From: Octopus vulgaris
Taxonomy: Eukaryota
Assembly: GCA_951406725.2 (NCBI GenBank)
Contig: OX597838.1
Location: 43,090,001 to 43,154,000 of the forward strand
Length of the DNA: 64,000 nt
Direction of reading: 5' to 3'
Shown: piece by piece, positions 13,290-26,892 of the stretch
Numbering within the stretch: the first letter of the stretch is position 1
Layout: every line of letters starts with the position of its first letter
The notes under the pieces: model-generated
What the model saw: the letters and a program-made list of their open reading frames with translations, nothing else
What the model was told of the DNA's origin: nothing
Database searches by the model: none
Program-made: the position numbers and the translations under genes

Positions 13290-14340
13290 GGGAAGTCATC
13301 TGGTCAATTAGGAATTGTAGATGAGATGCTTAAAATGTCTGGTGGAGTAGGATAAAGGTTAGTCACCTGCATAACCAGTCAATTAATAGAGACAGGTGCC
13401 ATATACAAAGAGTGGCACAACAGCGTCAGCATCAACTGCTACAAGGGCAAAAGAGATGCACTAAAGAGACAGGAAAATTACAAAGGTATCGAACTATTAG
13501 ATGAGGTTTACAAAAGTTACAAAAGAAGTTCGGTTGATTAGGAACAGAATCATCCCAGATGAAATGCATTTTGGTTTTGCACCAAAAGGAAGTACTACCG
13601 ATGCCATCTTAGTGAGACAACTGCAAGAGAAATACTTAGCCAGAAACATGACTCTGCATGTAGCATTTGCCAACCCGAATAAGAGCTTTGACAGGAAACA
13701 TTGCTCTGTGATTTGGTGGTCACTGGAGAAGCTACAGGTAGATAAATGACTGATAAGGATTGTACAAAATATGTACAGAGATATAGTGACCAAGGTGAGA
13801 GTAATGAGCTCCACGAGGGCTTAGTTGTCAGTCCCCTTCTGTTTAGCATGGTCTTGCAAACCATAAGACTGGCTGTTCATGAGAACTCAGTCCTTAGAGC
13901 TGAATCTGGAATAAAATCAGTGAAGAAATTCTAGAAATAGAAGCAAAAACCTACAATGAAGAATCCTCTAGGTTAACTTATCAAAGAATGGAGTATTAAA
14001 AGGAAGGAAAGAAGACAGGACTCTGCTACCATTCAGACTTAGCTTGTTATGCCAAAAGGAATTCCATATGTTGAAGCCAGGACAGGCCATGGACACACAG
14101 ACACAGGAACCAGAGGAAAGCTAATGGTCAAAAAGATTTTGTATGCAGTAAACACTGAGAGGCAATAAGCACCAAGAGGAGATTGGAAATAGATTTTCTC
14201 AAATGCTTGGAAGACTTTGTAGAAGTAATTAATGTCTTCTGTTAATTTTGGTGACTTAATTAGCAGTGGAGGTGAGAGTTCTGAAAAATATAGAAGTCAG
14301 AGTAAGAACAAGTTGTAAAAAGTTCAGAAAACTATTACAA
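13290..14340 (+). mobile_element. Decayed RTE LINE reverse transcriptase fragment
   Basis: EMHFGFAPKGSTTDAILVRQLQEKYL...AFAN..KSFDR and LHEGLVVSPLLFSMVL (RT motifs) with frameshifts and stops. Confidence 0.85.
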
Positions 14341-14780
14341 TTCATTATCATTGTTTAATCTCCGCCTTGCATGCTGGCATGGATGGAACGGTTTGACAGG
14401 AGCCGGCCAGGCAGAACCCTGCACCAGACTTCTGTGACTGTTTTGGCAGGGTTTTCACAGTTGGATGCCCTTCCTAACACCAAGCACCCAGCAGAGTGCT
14501 TTTTACATAGCACAAGCACAGGCAAGGTCAGTTTCACCAAGGTTTTTACAGCTGGATGCCCTTCCAAATGCCAACCACTTAGCAGAGGGGACTGGACGCT
14601 TTTTAAGTGGCCCCTGCACTGACAAGGTCACCAAGTAACTTGCAAGACAAAGAACCTTTTGAGAGTGGAGGAGGAGGAGATCTTGTGTCAGATGATGAAA
14701 GGTTAGAGTGAGGCAGAGAGAGACAGAAACAGGTGTCTTGCTGTAGAGGAGGTACAAGGTTACCTGGCTGGAGAGAGAGA
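14341..14780 (-). mobile_element. RTE-type 3' UTR copy inserted into the older RTE fragment
   Basis: (CAT)n-GTTTAA tail and duplicated GCTGGATGCCCTTCC modules. Confidence 0.7.
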
Positions 14781-14992
14781 GAGATCAGGAATGAGGTCAG
14801 AAACAGATGTAGATTGTGTGATATTTATGTACAAACTGACACTCCACAGCAACGAGACATGGGCCCTGAACACAGAGAATTTTTGAACACTAAAATGAGA
14901 TAAAGGGATTATGGTAACAGAAGCTAAGTACTACTTCTAAAGATCTCTCCCACCAAGCATTTATATATACATATGTAGTAATACCTGCATGA

Positions 14993-15263
14993 CAGACATC
15001 ATTATAGACAGATATGGGTTGTGAGTGAATGAATGTGTGTGTGTACACGTGCGTGTGTGTGTGTGTATACATCATCATGATCATCATCATCGTTTAACGT
15101 CCGCTTTCCATACTAGCATGGGTTGGACGGTTCAACTGGGGTCTGGGAAGCCAGGAGGCTGCACCAGCCTTCTGGCTTCCCAGACGATGATGTATACACA
15201 CACACACACACACACACACACATTCATTCACTCACAACCTACATCTGTCTATAATGATGTCTG
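14993..15263. repeat. Fold-back inverted duplication
   Basis: 15166-15263 is the reverse complement of 14993-15162 with an internal deletion of about 60 bp; centre ...GGCTG-CAC-CAGCC.... Confidence 0.85.
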
Positions 15264-16075
15264 GGCAAAAGTGGGTAGCTAGCACCGCAGTCGCTCATGC
15301 TGAAGGGATGCTGGAGCTATGCAACATCATTGGAGTTACATGCAGGGGTCGCCAGAATCTTGGTTCTTCCTATTTTCAACAATATAAGAAAGCAGGCACC
15401 AAGGAGAGGCAGGCTATGACCCAGGAAGCTTTGCAATACCAGGAGAAAGAAAGAAAGAAGAAAATCAAGAGCTGTGGAGTTGGTATCCCAGGGTGGACTA
15501 AATGGGATCTCCCTGAGAGAAAGTTCACATGGACTGACCTGTGGAGGCTGGAACCTTTTCACATCTCCTTCCAGCTGTGGGCAGTGCATGACACACTCCC
15601 AATGCCAACAAACCTGCACAGATGGGGTTTGAGGGAAGACCAGCAGTGTAGATTTTGTGGAGAAAGGGGCACTCTGGCACACATCATGGCAGAGTGCAGA
15701 ATAGCACTTTCTCAAGGCAGATATAAATGGCACCATGATAGGGTGCTTGCAACACTTGCTCCCACTCTGGAGCAGGAAAGGCACAAGAAACATCATCACC
15801 AAAGGAAAAGTAACATCAGCAATTAAGTTCATGAAAGAGGGAGAGAAACCAGTAAATTCAGCAAAAATAATACATAGCTTGCTGCAAGGATCTCAACCAT
15901 GGGATATGAAAGTGGACTTAGGGGAGAGATTGCAGTTTTTCCAGGTTGTCCATACAACTCTGGAAAGACCAAGGAAATTATTATAATTGAACTAACAGTT
16001 CCATGGGAAGAGGGGTGTGATGTGGCCCATGAATAGAACCATGCAAGACACGAGAGCCTTCTGATGGTAAGGGAA
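15264..16075 (+). mobile_element. HERO-like RLE-type non-LTR retrotransposon fragment (zinc knuckle plus endonuclease)
   Basis: CRFCGERGTLAHIMAEC zinc knuckle, RYKWHHDRVL (RHD-like), WDMKVDL and IIELTVPWEE; frameshifted. Confidence 0.85.
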
Positions 16076-16847
16076 CAAGAAGAAGAGTGCAACTGTTATT
16101 GAACAATATTTCTACACATCGTGTGTCTTCCACAAGTTCAAAATAAACATCTCAATCTCCTTCATTTTGGTAATATTTAAGGATTGACGTTACTCCTCCC
16201 GAAGGTAAAGAAACGATAAGAAGGGTGCGAATGTGGAAGACACACAAAATATTGTCGAAATATTGTTCATTTGATAACAGTCGCACTTTTCTTATTGTCA
16301 TCATCACCATCAATAATAATAATAATGGTTTCAAATTTTGCCTGAAGGGGAGCAATTTTTGGGGAGGGGGTGAGTCGATTACACTGACCCCAGTGTTCAA
16401 CAAGTACTTATTTCATCAACCCAAAAAAGATAAAAAGCTAAGTCAACCTCGGCAGAATTTGAACTCAGAATGAAAGGACAGACAAAATACCACGAAGCAT
16501 TTTGCCCGGTGTAAACAAATGACAAAAGAACAAATGTCGTCACATAGTGACCTTTATTAGTTTACAGCCATTACAGCTATAAGGAATTGTGCGGCCAAAG
16601 GAGGGGGCAGAGTTACTTGTAGCTGAAACGACTGTAAGCTGATGGACATGATTACACAAGTCCTGTTCTTTTGCCATTCAGTTATTAATTAACATTGCAC
16701 TCTGTGTTTATCTTCTGATGTGGAGCTGAGGGCATCAATGAATTCAAACCGGCTCACTACCAGACATTAGTAATACTGGCCATTATAAGTAAATTGTGTC
16801 CTAACATATGGTTATCGGTCCAGCTATGGCAAAATGAAATTATAATA

Positions 16848-17200
16848 CCATCCATCCACCCAGCTATTCATCTTTGCCTGCTATTCCTGGGAGGGTCATG
16901 GAAGGGGCGTCCTCATACACCTCCTCCATAAGGTCCCATCAGAAGCAACTGTCGTCAGACTTTCCAACTGGATACCCAGGTGTAGCCAACCCAGGCTTTG
17001 GATATTATCCAATCATCTTGTTCTTCCTGTTCCTGCTCCACCTCCAGGTCTCCTGCCAGTTGGCTCCATTTGAAGAATTTGTTTGGCAATTCCTTCTGGC
17101 ACCGTTCTAATTCCATGTCTGTCATACCACAGCAGTGGCCTTTCAGTGCAGAGAAGTAAGGGTTCAACCTGATCTCCGAGCCATGCACCCTGCCGAGTAA
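16848..17200 (-). mobile_element. RTE-clade ORF2 C-terminus with (GGAT)n tail
   Basis: Remnant GRTR*LDNIQSLGWLHLGIQLESLTTVASDGTLWRR resembles the RTE C-terminus. Confidence 0.65.
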
Positions 17201-17544
17201 CATTAATAATGGAATTTTATGATGAACAGCTCGTTAGTCACAATCACAACATTAATGGTAATAATAAACAGCAACACGTGAAACAGTAAATAAACAAAAC
17301 AAGTCTGTGTGGTTAAGCAGTTTGCTTCTCAACGATGGGGTTCTGGGTTCAGTCCTACTGCATGGCACCCTTCAGTAAGTGTTTAAAGCCCCAGGCCAAC
17401 TAATGCCTTTGCAGTGGAATTGGTTCGTGAAAATAAAAAAAAAGCAAGTCACGTGTGTGTATGTGTGTATGTGCATGTGTGCATGCGTGTGTGGGAGAAA
17501 GAGCTGGTTTCTAACCCAAGTCCAAGGCTCCTTCATTGAAATTC

Positions 17545-17775
17545 CAACAACAGCAACCGGTAATTTTTGTTTCTATGTTCTGCTTTATGTAAATACTCTC
17601 ATGCATATCTTGACCTGCTCATATAAACTTAAAGGATAAACTTCCAGAAAGTTTTACAGATCTTCTCAGTTCCTCTGATGGCTTGGATCTGTAGTCTTCA
17701 AATTCACTTTCTCCTTTTTGGTTTTGACGAGCCCAATTTCTCTAAGTATTTAGGTACGTAGGTATTTGTGTTGCA
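17545..17775 (-). mobile_element. RLE-type (R4/Dong-like) non-LTR 3' end
   Basis: Remnant YVPKYLEKLG...RLQIQAIRGTEKICKTF resembles the C-terminus of RLE elements. Confidence 0.55.
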
Positions 17776-18556
17776 CAAGCATTTATTACTCCAATCAACT
17801 GACAAGCACATGTCTCTTTATGGTGACCTCATTTGTCATTCAATCCACTGAAAGTGTTACGGATCAAAAGAGTGGTGATGGTGCAGACTGAACCAGTGAG
17901 ACATTTGAAACTCAAAGTCATTTGAAACTAGGATTGGGCAACCTCTTATCTCACAAAGTCTGGCGGAAGGTTATAACTTTTGTTTGTCACCTGTTCCAAA
18001 CTGGTCTGCATGACCTACAGCAGGACTGAAGTTATCTGAGAGGTCACGGACAGAGAAGCCAGAAGACAATGTCAAAGGGCAAGGAGACAGCAATCATCTT
18101 TGAAGATGGAGCAATTGTTATGTCCCTGTGTGTGTGTGTGTATCTTGCTCATGTTAACATCATGTGGTAATTGTAAACGAGTGTTACCATCTCACAAGCA
18201 ATGTCATACCCTTCCAATCTTCCATGTGAAACACGTCTGGTCCATGAGGCAACATTGCCTTGCTTGGAAACAGGTGACAGCCGATGACAGTAGGACGACT
18301 GGTCATAGCAAAACCTTGCTTCAACAAATTCCATTTGACATGTGAAAGTTTGGCAAAGTAGACTTTCAAGTGACAATGATGATGATGATGATGATGTATG
18401 TATACATATGCATACACTGACATTTGTATGAGTGTAGCTGCAGACAGACAGCAGAAACCATTGAAGAACAAAACTGCAAAGACACAGCTGTGCATTCACT
18501 GGTTGGGGTTAAATCAACTCATTCTGTATGTAAATAAATACACATGCACGAGTGTG

Positions 18557-18613
<57 letters not shown>

Positions 18614-20729
18614 ATGAATATAAATGAGTCAGAGTGACCAGCAGTGTGTATTTGGACAAAAACAAATAAAGGTATATCAAATAACATACAAGATTAAATT
18701 CTTGATTAACAGAAATTGTCTCCACTCCCAGAGAGAGTGGATTAACTACTAGATGGCAGCTGGCAGCAACTCCAAACAAGAAGACGGGATAATCTCAAGA
18801 ATTACAAATTCTTCAAAATAGACATGCCATTAAGTAAAAAGTGGTGTGATTGTCTGAGGACAAACAGACAGATGAGAATAGGACACACGTTTCTGTCTCA
18901 ATAATCATCATCAGTACAGCCACTGTCTTATCTGATCTTCAGTAAACAAGATATTTAGGCATATAAAAGAAAAAGGCTTAGCACATATTTACAGCCTCGT
19001 TAATTTGCATAATAAATGAAATGAAAATGAGTTATGGGAGCTGAAGATAAGGTAGGACATTGTGTTGATGATGCCTATAGCAACAGAAACAGGTGTCCAC
19101 AGGTGTCCTCTTATCACCAGACAATCACACTACCTTCTCCTAAATGGCATGTCAGTTTTGAAGAATACGTGATTGTTGAGATTATCTCCCTTTTCTCATT
19201 TGCAGCTGGTGCCATTTGCCATCAAGTGACTCACTCACCTCTCTGCAAACAGAGACGATTTCAACAAAACAAGAATTTATTTGGATGTTATTTAGTATAC
19301 ACTTATGTGTGAGTTTATATATATACCAGCCGAAATTGTAAAGATAATCTGGAACTCGACTGAGGAAAGAAAACTCCAAATGACCCGTCCTTGTTTTCTT
19401 TGTATTGATTATCTGGATGTTTTGTTTCACCTAACAGTCTGGATGTTTTGCGTTCTTGTCCCATTTTGTATTTTTTATATATAAAAACATATAGCGGCGT
19501 ACGTACACTTTGGTCTCTATATACATGTGTGTGTATATATATCAATGTCTGTGTGTGTGTGTATTGGTGTTTGTCCCCCATCACTGCTTGACAACTGGTG
19601 TTGATCTGCTTACATCCCTGTAACTTAGTGGTTCAGCAAAGAGGATCGACAGAATAAGTATTAGGCTTAAAACAAAATAATAAGTTCTGGGTTCAATTTG
19701 TTCAATTAAGGTCCTTCAAGGTGGTGCCCCAGCATGGCCACAGTCAAATGACTGAAACAAGGAAAAGACACAAGAAACAAGACTGACAGGCAGTGTCTTC
19801 AGATCTACAGTTTCACAAGAGACTGACGTCTGCCTCCATCAATATGCGTTTGTTTTACACCTGTTTGCCTCATGCCAGCACAGGATTGGACAAATTACTG
19901 AGGCATTGTTTTACAGCTGGATGCCCTTCCAGTCAGCAACCTTTCACTCTTTCTTAAGTAAGCAGTCTCTTACGATTTTCAGTGAAGCATAAACAAATAC
20001 CTATACATACTCATATTTTATATGTATTTCTTTATTGGGGGCTAAACACAGAGGGGACAAACAAAGGGATTAAGTCGATTACATCAACCCCAGTGCGTAA
20101 CTGGTACTTATTTAATTGAGCCCGAAAAGATGAAAGGCAAAGTCGTCCTCGGCAGAATTTGAACTCAGAACATAATGACAAACGAAATACCGCTGAGCAT
20201 TTTGCCTGGCATGCTAACGATTCTGCCAGCTCGCCACCTTATATTTTGTGTGTGTGTGTGTGTGTTTTTGACATGTAGTTAAGAATTTCACTTCCTAACC
20301 CCATGGATTTGAGTTCAGTTCCACAGCAAATCACCTCGGACAAGTGTCTTCTACTATAGCGTTTGGATTGATCAAAGACTTGTGAGTGGATATGGCCAAT
20401 GGAACTGGATTTATTTCTTCAAGTGAAGGGATTAGGTGGTGATATAATTATAGCTTAAATTGACTTATTTCATATTTATATGTTTGTATCAATCTGCAAT
20501 ATATCTTATGTAAGCATAATGCACGTTATTGTATTATTTTCTCACCAAAATCCCTGAGCAGCCATAAAGGATTACCATGGATTTTTTTTCGTCTCAACAG
20601 TATTTCTGTTTATGTAACATCTGGACATCTATCTGTGAAGGCCATTTTTTTTCATTCTGCTTCATTTCATTTTTGTTCATATTTGTGTATCTTAGGTTTT
20701 GATAGTAGAAACAACTGCTCATTCGTGTA

Positions 20730-20761
<32 letters not shown>

Positions 20762-20775
20762 TATATATATATATA

Positions 20776-20893
20776 TATACAATATGTTACATTACTCGGT
20801 AGTCAAGATAAAACTCTGAGTTTCAGATGCCGAAGTGGAAATCTGAAACTCAGAGTTTTATCTTGACTACCGAGTAATGTAACATATTGTATA
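20776..20893. repeat. Perfect 53-bp inverted repeat with 12-nt loop
   Basis: 20776-20828 is the exact reverse complement of 20841-20893; each arm carries GAAAC-TCAGA-GTT, like an HHR 3' half. Confidence 0.95.
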
Positions 20894-20959
20894 GATAAAT
20901 TTCCTCTATTTACATAATATTGAGGTCTCTTTCTTTCTTTTGTTATCTTACCGTTTTAT

Positions 20960-21002
<43 letters not shown>

Positions 21003-21012
21003 TCTATATCCA

Positions 21013-21049
<37 letters not shown>

Positions 21050-21058
21050 CTATATCCA

Positions 21059-21092
<34 letters not shown>

Positions 21093-21428
21093 CAGAGATA
21101 CCCGGCCTTACTCAGGATTAAAATGGTATTGTTTTTTTTATAATTTCACTTGTTTCAGTCATGTGACTGCTGCCATGCCAGAGCGCCACCGTTGGTCAAA
21201 CAAATATCAACCACAGGATTTATTCTTTGGTAACCTTATATTTTATCAGTGTCTTTTGCCAAAACGCTAAGTTATGAAGAATGTAAATACAGCAACAACG
21301 GATGTCAAGCAATTGTAGGGGTACAAACACAGACGCACACACACACACAGATATACACATATAGTCTTATTTCAGTTTCTGTGTACGAAATCCACTCACA
21401 AGGCTTTGCTCAGCCTGAGGCTATAAAA

Positions 21429-21474
<46 letters not shown>

Positions 21475-21479
21475 TATAT

Positions 21480-23325
21480 ATCATCATCATCGTTTAACGT
21501 CCGCTTTCCATGCTAGCATGGGTTGGACGGTTTGACTGAGGGCTGGCAAGCCAGAAGGCTGCACCAGGCTCTAGTCTGATCTGGCAAAGTTTCTACAGCT
21601 GGATGCCCTTCCTAACACCAATCACTCCAAGAGTGTAGTGGGTGCTTTTACGTGCCACCAGCACAAGGGCCAGTCAGGCGGTACTGGCATCAGCCAGGCT
21701 CAAATGGTGCTTTTTATGTGCCACCTGAATAGGAGCCAGTCTGGTGCTGCCACAAGCACAGGAGCCAGTCAGGCAAAGCTGGCAATGATCATGCTCGAAT
21801 GGTGCTTTTAACGTTCCACTAGCACAGGTGCCAATCAGGCAGTACTGTCATCGGCCATGACAACAATTTTACTTGCCTCAAGCGTAGTTTATTGTTCAAT
21901 GACTGAAGGGGACTCTTAAATGGGCTGGTTATACAGCACCGGCATCAGCTATGACTACAATCTCACTTGGTTTGTCGGATCTTCTCAAGCACAGCATATC
22001 TCCAAAGGTCTCTGTCACATGTCATTGCCTCGGTGACGTCCAATGTTTGAAGGTCATGCTTCACCACCTCATCTCAGGTTTTCTTGGGCCTATCTCTTCC
22101 ACAAGTTCCTTCAACCGCTAGGGTGTGGCATTTTTTCACACAGCTGTCCTCCATTTACACCACATGACCAGACCAGCGAAGTCGTCTCTCTTACACACCA
22201 CATCTGATGCTTCTTAGGCCCAACTTTTCTCTCAGGGTGTTTACACTCTGTCGTGTATGCACACTGACATTACACATCTAGTGGAGCATACTGGCTTCCT
22301 TCCTTGGAGGCTTACGCATGTCCTCAGCATTCACTGCCCATGTTTCACTGCCATGTAGCATGGCTGTTTGCACACATGCATCATACAGTCTACCTTTTAC
22401 TCTGAGTGAGAGGCCCTTTGTCACCAGCAGAGGTAAGAGCTCTCTGAACTTTGCCCAGGCTATTCTTATTCTAGCAGCTACACTTTCAGCGCACCCTCCT
22501 CTGCTACTGACTTGGTCACCTAGGTAATGGAAGCTATCAACTACTTCTAGTTTTTCCTCCTAGAATGTGATGGAAGCTGTTCTCTATACATTTTCAGTGT
22601 TTATTGTTCCTGATCATCTGCCACACACAAAACTATCTTCCCAGTTAACCTGCCTTTGATGTTACTGCACCTCTTATGTGTCCAAAGTTTACACTGGGTG
22701 CATCTTATGGCGTTTCTACCTACACCTTTTCTACAGATCAAGCAGGGCCATCTACCAGAATGGATTTGTGTTTTGTCTGCCTTCCTACTTATTAGGACTT
22801 TGGTTTTAGCTAGGTTGACTCTAAGGCCCTTTGATTCTAGACCTTGCTTCCACACCTGAAACTTCTCCCCTAGTTCTGATAGTGACTCAGCAATTAGAGC
22901 AAGGTCACTAGCATAGAGGAGCTCCCAGGAGCATCCTGATTTGAATTCCTCTGTTATTGCCTTGAGGACAATGATGAATAAAAGGGGGCTGAGGACTGAT
23001 CCTTGGTGGACTCCTACCCCTACCTGGAATTCTTCACAGCACTCGTTGTCAACCCTTACCTTACTGACAGCATCCCTGTACATGGCTTGCACAGCTCTCA
23101 CCAGCCATTCATCTATCCCTAGTTTCCTCATTGACCACCAGATAAGGGATCAGGGGGTCAAAGGCTTTCTGCAAGTCAACAAAAGCCAGGTACAGAGGTT
23201 TATCTTTGGCTAGGTATTTCTCCTGCAGCTGTCTTACCAGAAATATATCAGCGGTGGTGCTTTTTCCTGGCACAAACCCAAACTGCATCTCAACTAGACT
23301 GACTCTCTCCTTAATTAGTTGGGCT
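21480..23325 (-). mobile_element. 5'-truncated RTE LINE (RT, PHD-like Cys/His motif, 3' UTR, (GAT)n tail)
   Basis: ORF 22601-23131 has GVHQGSVLSPLLF and LLYASDL (YADD-like), then CLICRKGVGRNAIRCTQCKLWTHKRC; the UTR ends in GACGTTAAAC(GAT)n. Confidence 0.92.
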
Positions 23326-23695
23326 TACTAACCACATGGTTTCAGGTTCAGTCCCATTGCATGGCACCTTGGGCAAGTGTCTTCTACTATAGCCTCAGGC
23401 CAATGAAAGCCTTGTGATTGGATTTGATAGATGGAAACTGAAACAAGCCTGTCATATGTGTATATATGTGTATATATATATATATGTTTTTGTGTCTGTG
23501 TTTGTCCCCCCACCATCGCTTGACAACCGATGTTGCTGTGTTTACGTCCCTGTAACTTAGTGGTTCAACAAGAAAGACTGATAAAATAAGTATGGGGCTT
23601 ACAAAGAATAAGTCCTGGAGTCAATTTGTTTGACTAAAGACGGTGGTCCAGCATGGTTGCGGTCAAATGACTGAAACAGATAAAAGAATAAAAAA
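23326..23695 (+). mobile_element. CORE-like SINE copy
   Basis: Same family as 1878-2328. Confidence 0.8.
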
Positions 23696-24294
23696 TATAT
23701 CCATTTATCAGTGGCAGATCTACCATAAAACTAACGAAGTTTAAGCCTCGGGGACCCTAATCCTAGTGGGGTCCCGCTGAAGCAACTTAATTTTTTCATT
23801 CTATCAATTTTGGGGGATTTTGTATTTTGCCAAGCAGATTACAGTTACCAGTCTTAGAGGACGTCATCTCATACAGTCTAACAGTTGTTTCTGCTGATGT
23901 GGAATGGCATAAAAAATAAAAGTACAAATGACTCGCAGATAATTCGCTTTCCTTGAATTATTTTGGAAACTTCAGCCCTGCCCCTCCTATTGTCAGGTAT
24001 GTCTACTACTATATCAGCACAGTAGAGATAAGAATTCTTATTTTCACACCATTATTTCATGACTAATGAAAGGGTCAGCCTCCTAATTTTGGACTTGCAA
24101 TCTGTTCAGTAACAAAGCATTTTTTCTACTTTAAAAACTGCTTGAATTCCACCTTGTATAAAATGAACAATTTTTCATTTATGACTATATATTAAGTTGT
24201 GGACCCTTATCTTGACTGATCTCTGTCTCGCTGTGGCTAATGAAAGTATTACCCCAATTTTTTTCCAGAAATCCAGGCCCCAAGAGGAATAGTA

Positions 24295-26750
24295 ATGTCT
24301 TCAAGGAGGTACAAGAAACACCAACTCAAGGAAAAGCAATCTAACGAAATTTCTAAATGTCAAAAACTATCAAACTATTTTACAATGTCAAGTAAAAGTT
24401 TGTCATCACCTGGAAGTGAAACAAACTATGAAAGCACCAGTGAAGTCACTGAGAGGGCACAAACCATGAGGGCTCTGTTGACACTTTTGGTGAAGATGAT
24501 GATCACAGTGGTCAAGAACTTCGAGAAAAGAGGGAACAGAAACAGGGAGCCAATTCAGTGATTTCAAAGAACCCAGTCACCTGACAAGCTGGCCTGTAAC
24601 AATTGAGAATGGTTTCATACAAAACTGTTTAATGCAAGACATCAGTTTTTCGCAAAATAAAAAACCAGATCATCTATAGACTGAATCCAATTAGATCTAC
24701 AAAGAACAAAATCAAAGTTTCTCAAACAAGTCCTTTGGAAAAAGATTGAAAAACGGTCAGACTGTGACGAGATCCTGATTAGTTTACTCAAAGAGCAAAC
24801 TCTTTTCTAAATGCCAAATATCACTTACAACAGGTCGGCTTTCTGATTGGATGAATATACTCAGAACTCTAGAAAATCATGATGACCGCATGGAACATAA
24901 AAGGGTGATGCTGAGCTGGCTAATACGAAAGTCAAACGAAAACTCTGTGGATCAGCAACTTGAGGAAGAGTTGGGAAAAAATATGCAGAACTATTTTGAA
25001 GGACTAAAAAGAGTTGTAGCAGTTCTAAAGTTTTTAAGTGAAAGAGGTTTAGCATTTAGAGGTCATGAGGAAGAGTGGGGCTCTCCAAACAATGGAAATT
25101 TCATGGGGGCAGGTATCGAGCCTATTGCAGAGTTTGACCCATTTTTACATGAACACTTAGAGAAATGTAAAAATGAAACAGTAAATATTACTTACCTATC
25201 CAAATCTGTGTCTGAAGAATTGATAGAAACCATGGGGAAAACATGGGAAAGATGAAGGGGTGAGTCAAATCAACAACCTAGACATCAAATACTACTCAAT
25301 TGTTGTTGACTCTACACCTGACATGACACATGTTGACCAGCGAGCAATTGGGGTTCGATACTGTTGTAATGGAAAACCCTATGAGAGATTTTTAGCATTT
25401 TTGCCAATAGAAAAACATTCAGCCATGATCTTATTCTACAAAATAATAATTTCTTGGGGAGCATAAGCTTTCACTTGAAAATATCCATGGTCAGTCGTAT
25501 GATAATGCTTCCAATATGAAGGGCTCAGATAAAGGGCTACAAGCACTTCTTAAAAACATTAACAGGCATGCAGACTATGTACCATGTGCAAGCCATTCAC
25601 TCAACCTTGTTTGGTAAAAGACAATGTCTGCTCTACCTGAGCATGTTGAGTATTTTGGCATCCTGCAGCAGCTGTAGGTTTTCTTTTCTCAATCTCCTCG
25701 AAGATGGGGGATTTTGAATACACGGGGCAATCTAGCCTTTTCTCTAACTAGATGCTCTGTACATTATGAAGCAGTCTGGGCAATTAAAAATGGATATAGG
25801 GATATTTTACAAACTCTCAAACATATGTTTGATGACTCAGAAGAAAAGCCTGAATGTAAGCGAGATGCAAAGAATTTATGCCACAAGTTGGTAAAATTGG
25901 AATATGCTGTTTTAATAGTCGCTTGCGAAGAAGTTATGGAATGGTTTAACAGAACAAGTAAGAAACTCCAAACCCTGGTTCTGATGTATTTGAAGGCTAC
26001 CTTCTGCTAGCATCTTTGCTCACATTTGTTAAAAGAACTACGAGAAAGTTCAGCCGACAGGATTTCACACCATGAATCAGAAACAAAAGGTTTCTGTGAA
26101 TATATCACTGCAAATTATTCTGATTGTTTCCAAATGCATTTTGCAGATGGAACAAGTGTTAGGGCTTTTTTGAAAGGGGCTGAAAAATTTAGGATAGAAG
26201 TTCTAAGTCAAGTCTATGACTACTTGAGAATCCAGTCAAGCAAGAGGATGGACCCAAATGAGCAGATTGCGAAGAGATTCAAGTTTCTCTCAGAATTGAT
26301 GAACAATTCAGAATCTGATGAGAACAATATCAAACTTATAATATCGAATTACAAAGACGATATTGATCACAAATTGATAAATGAGTGTTACCTGTTCAAA
26401 GAGTATTTACACCTTAAGAAATCCCGGAATGCAGAAGAAAACACATCATCTAAAATGCAATGCACAGAGGTTCTTCAGCTTATTTATGAGCAGCAGTTAA
26501 TTGAAGTGTCCCCTAATATTACCACTGCACTTAAGCTGTACTTGACAATACCTATCATGAGCTGTGAAGCAGAAAGGAGTTCCTCAAAGCTTTCCTTTGT
26601 TAAGAATAAATTTTGGTCTACCATGACTGAAGGGCACTGAAATTCCTTATGCATATTGGCTTATTGTCTCTAGAAAATGACATTGCAAGGAAGCGGTCGT
26701 ATGATAAGACTGTTGCCACAAAAACAGAAAAAAAGAGTATTTTGTAATTT
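24295..26750 (+). pseudogene. hAT transposase pseudogene (ZMYM1/DUF4371-like)
   Basis: FLSERGLAFRGH, GNF, YSIVVDSTPD, GQSYDNASNM, CASHSLNL and LKLYLTIPIMSCEAERSSSKL (dimerisation domain), spread over several frames. Confidence 0.9.
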
Positions 26751-26754
26751 TCAC

Positions 26755-26892
26755 ATGTAAGGGCATCCAGCTGTAGAAACACTGCCAGATCTGACTGGCC
26801 TGGTGCAGCCTTCGGGCTCCCAGACCCCAGTTGAACCGTCCAACCCATGCTAGCATGGAAAACGGACGCTAAATGATGATGATGATGATGAT
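26755..26892 (+). mobile_element. RTE 3' tail inserted into the hAT element
   Basis: GGGCATCCAGCTGTAG...CCAACCCATGCTAGCATGGAAA..GGACG.TAAA(TGA)n. Confidence 0.85.
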
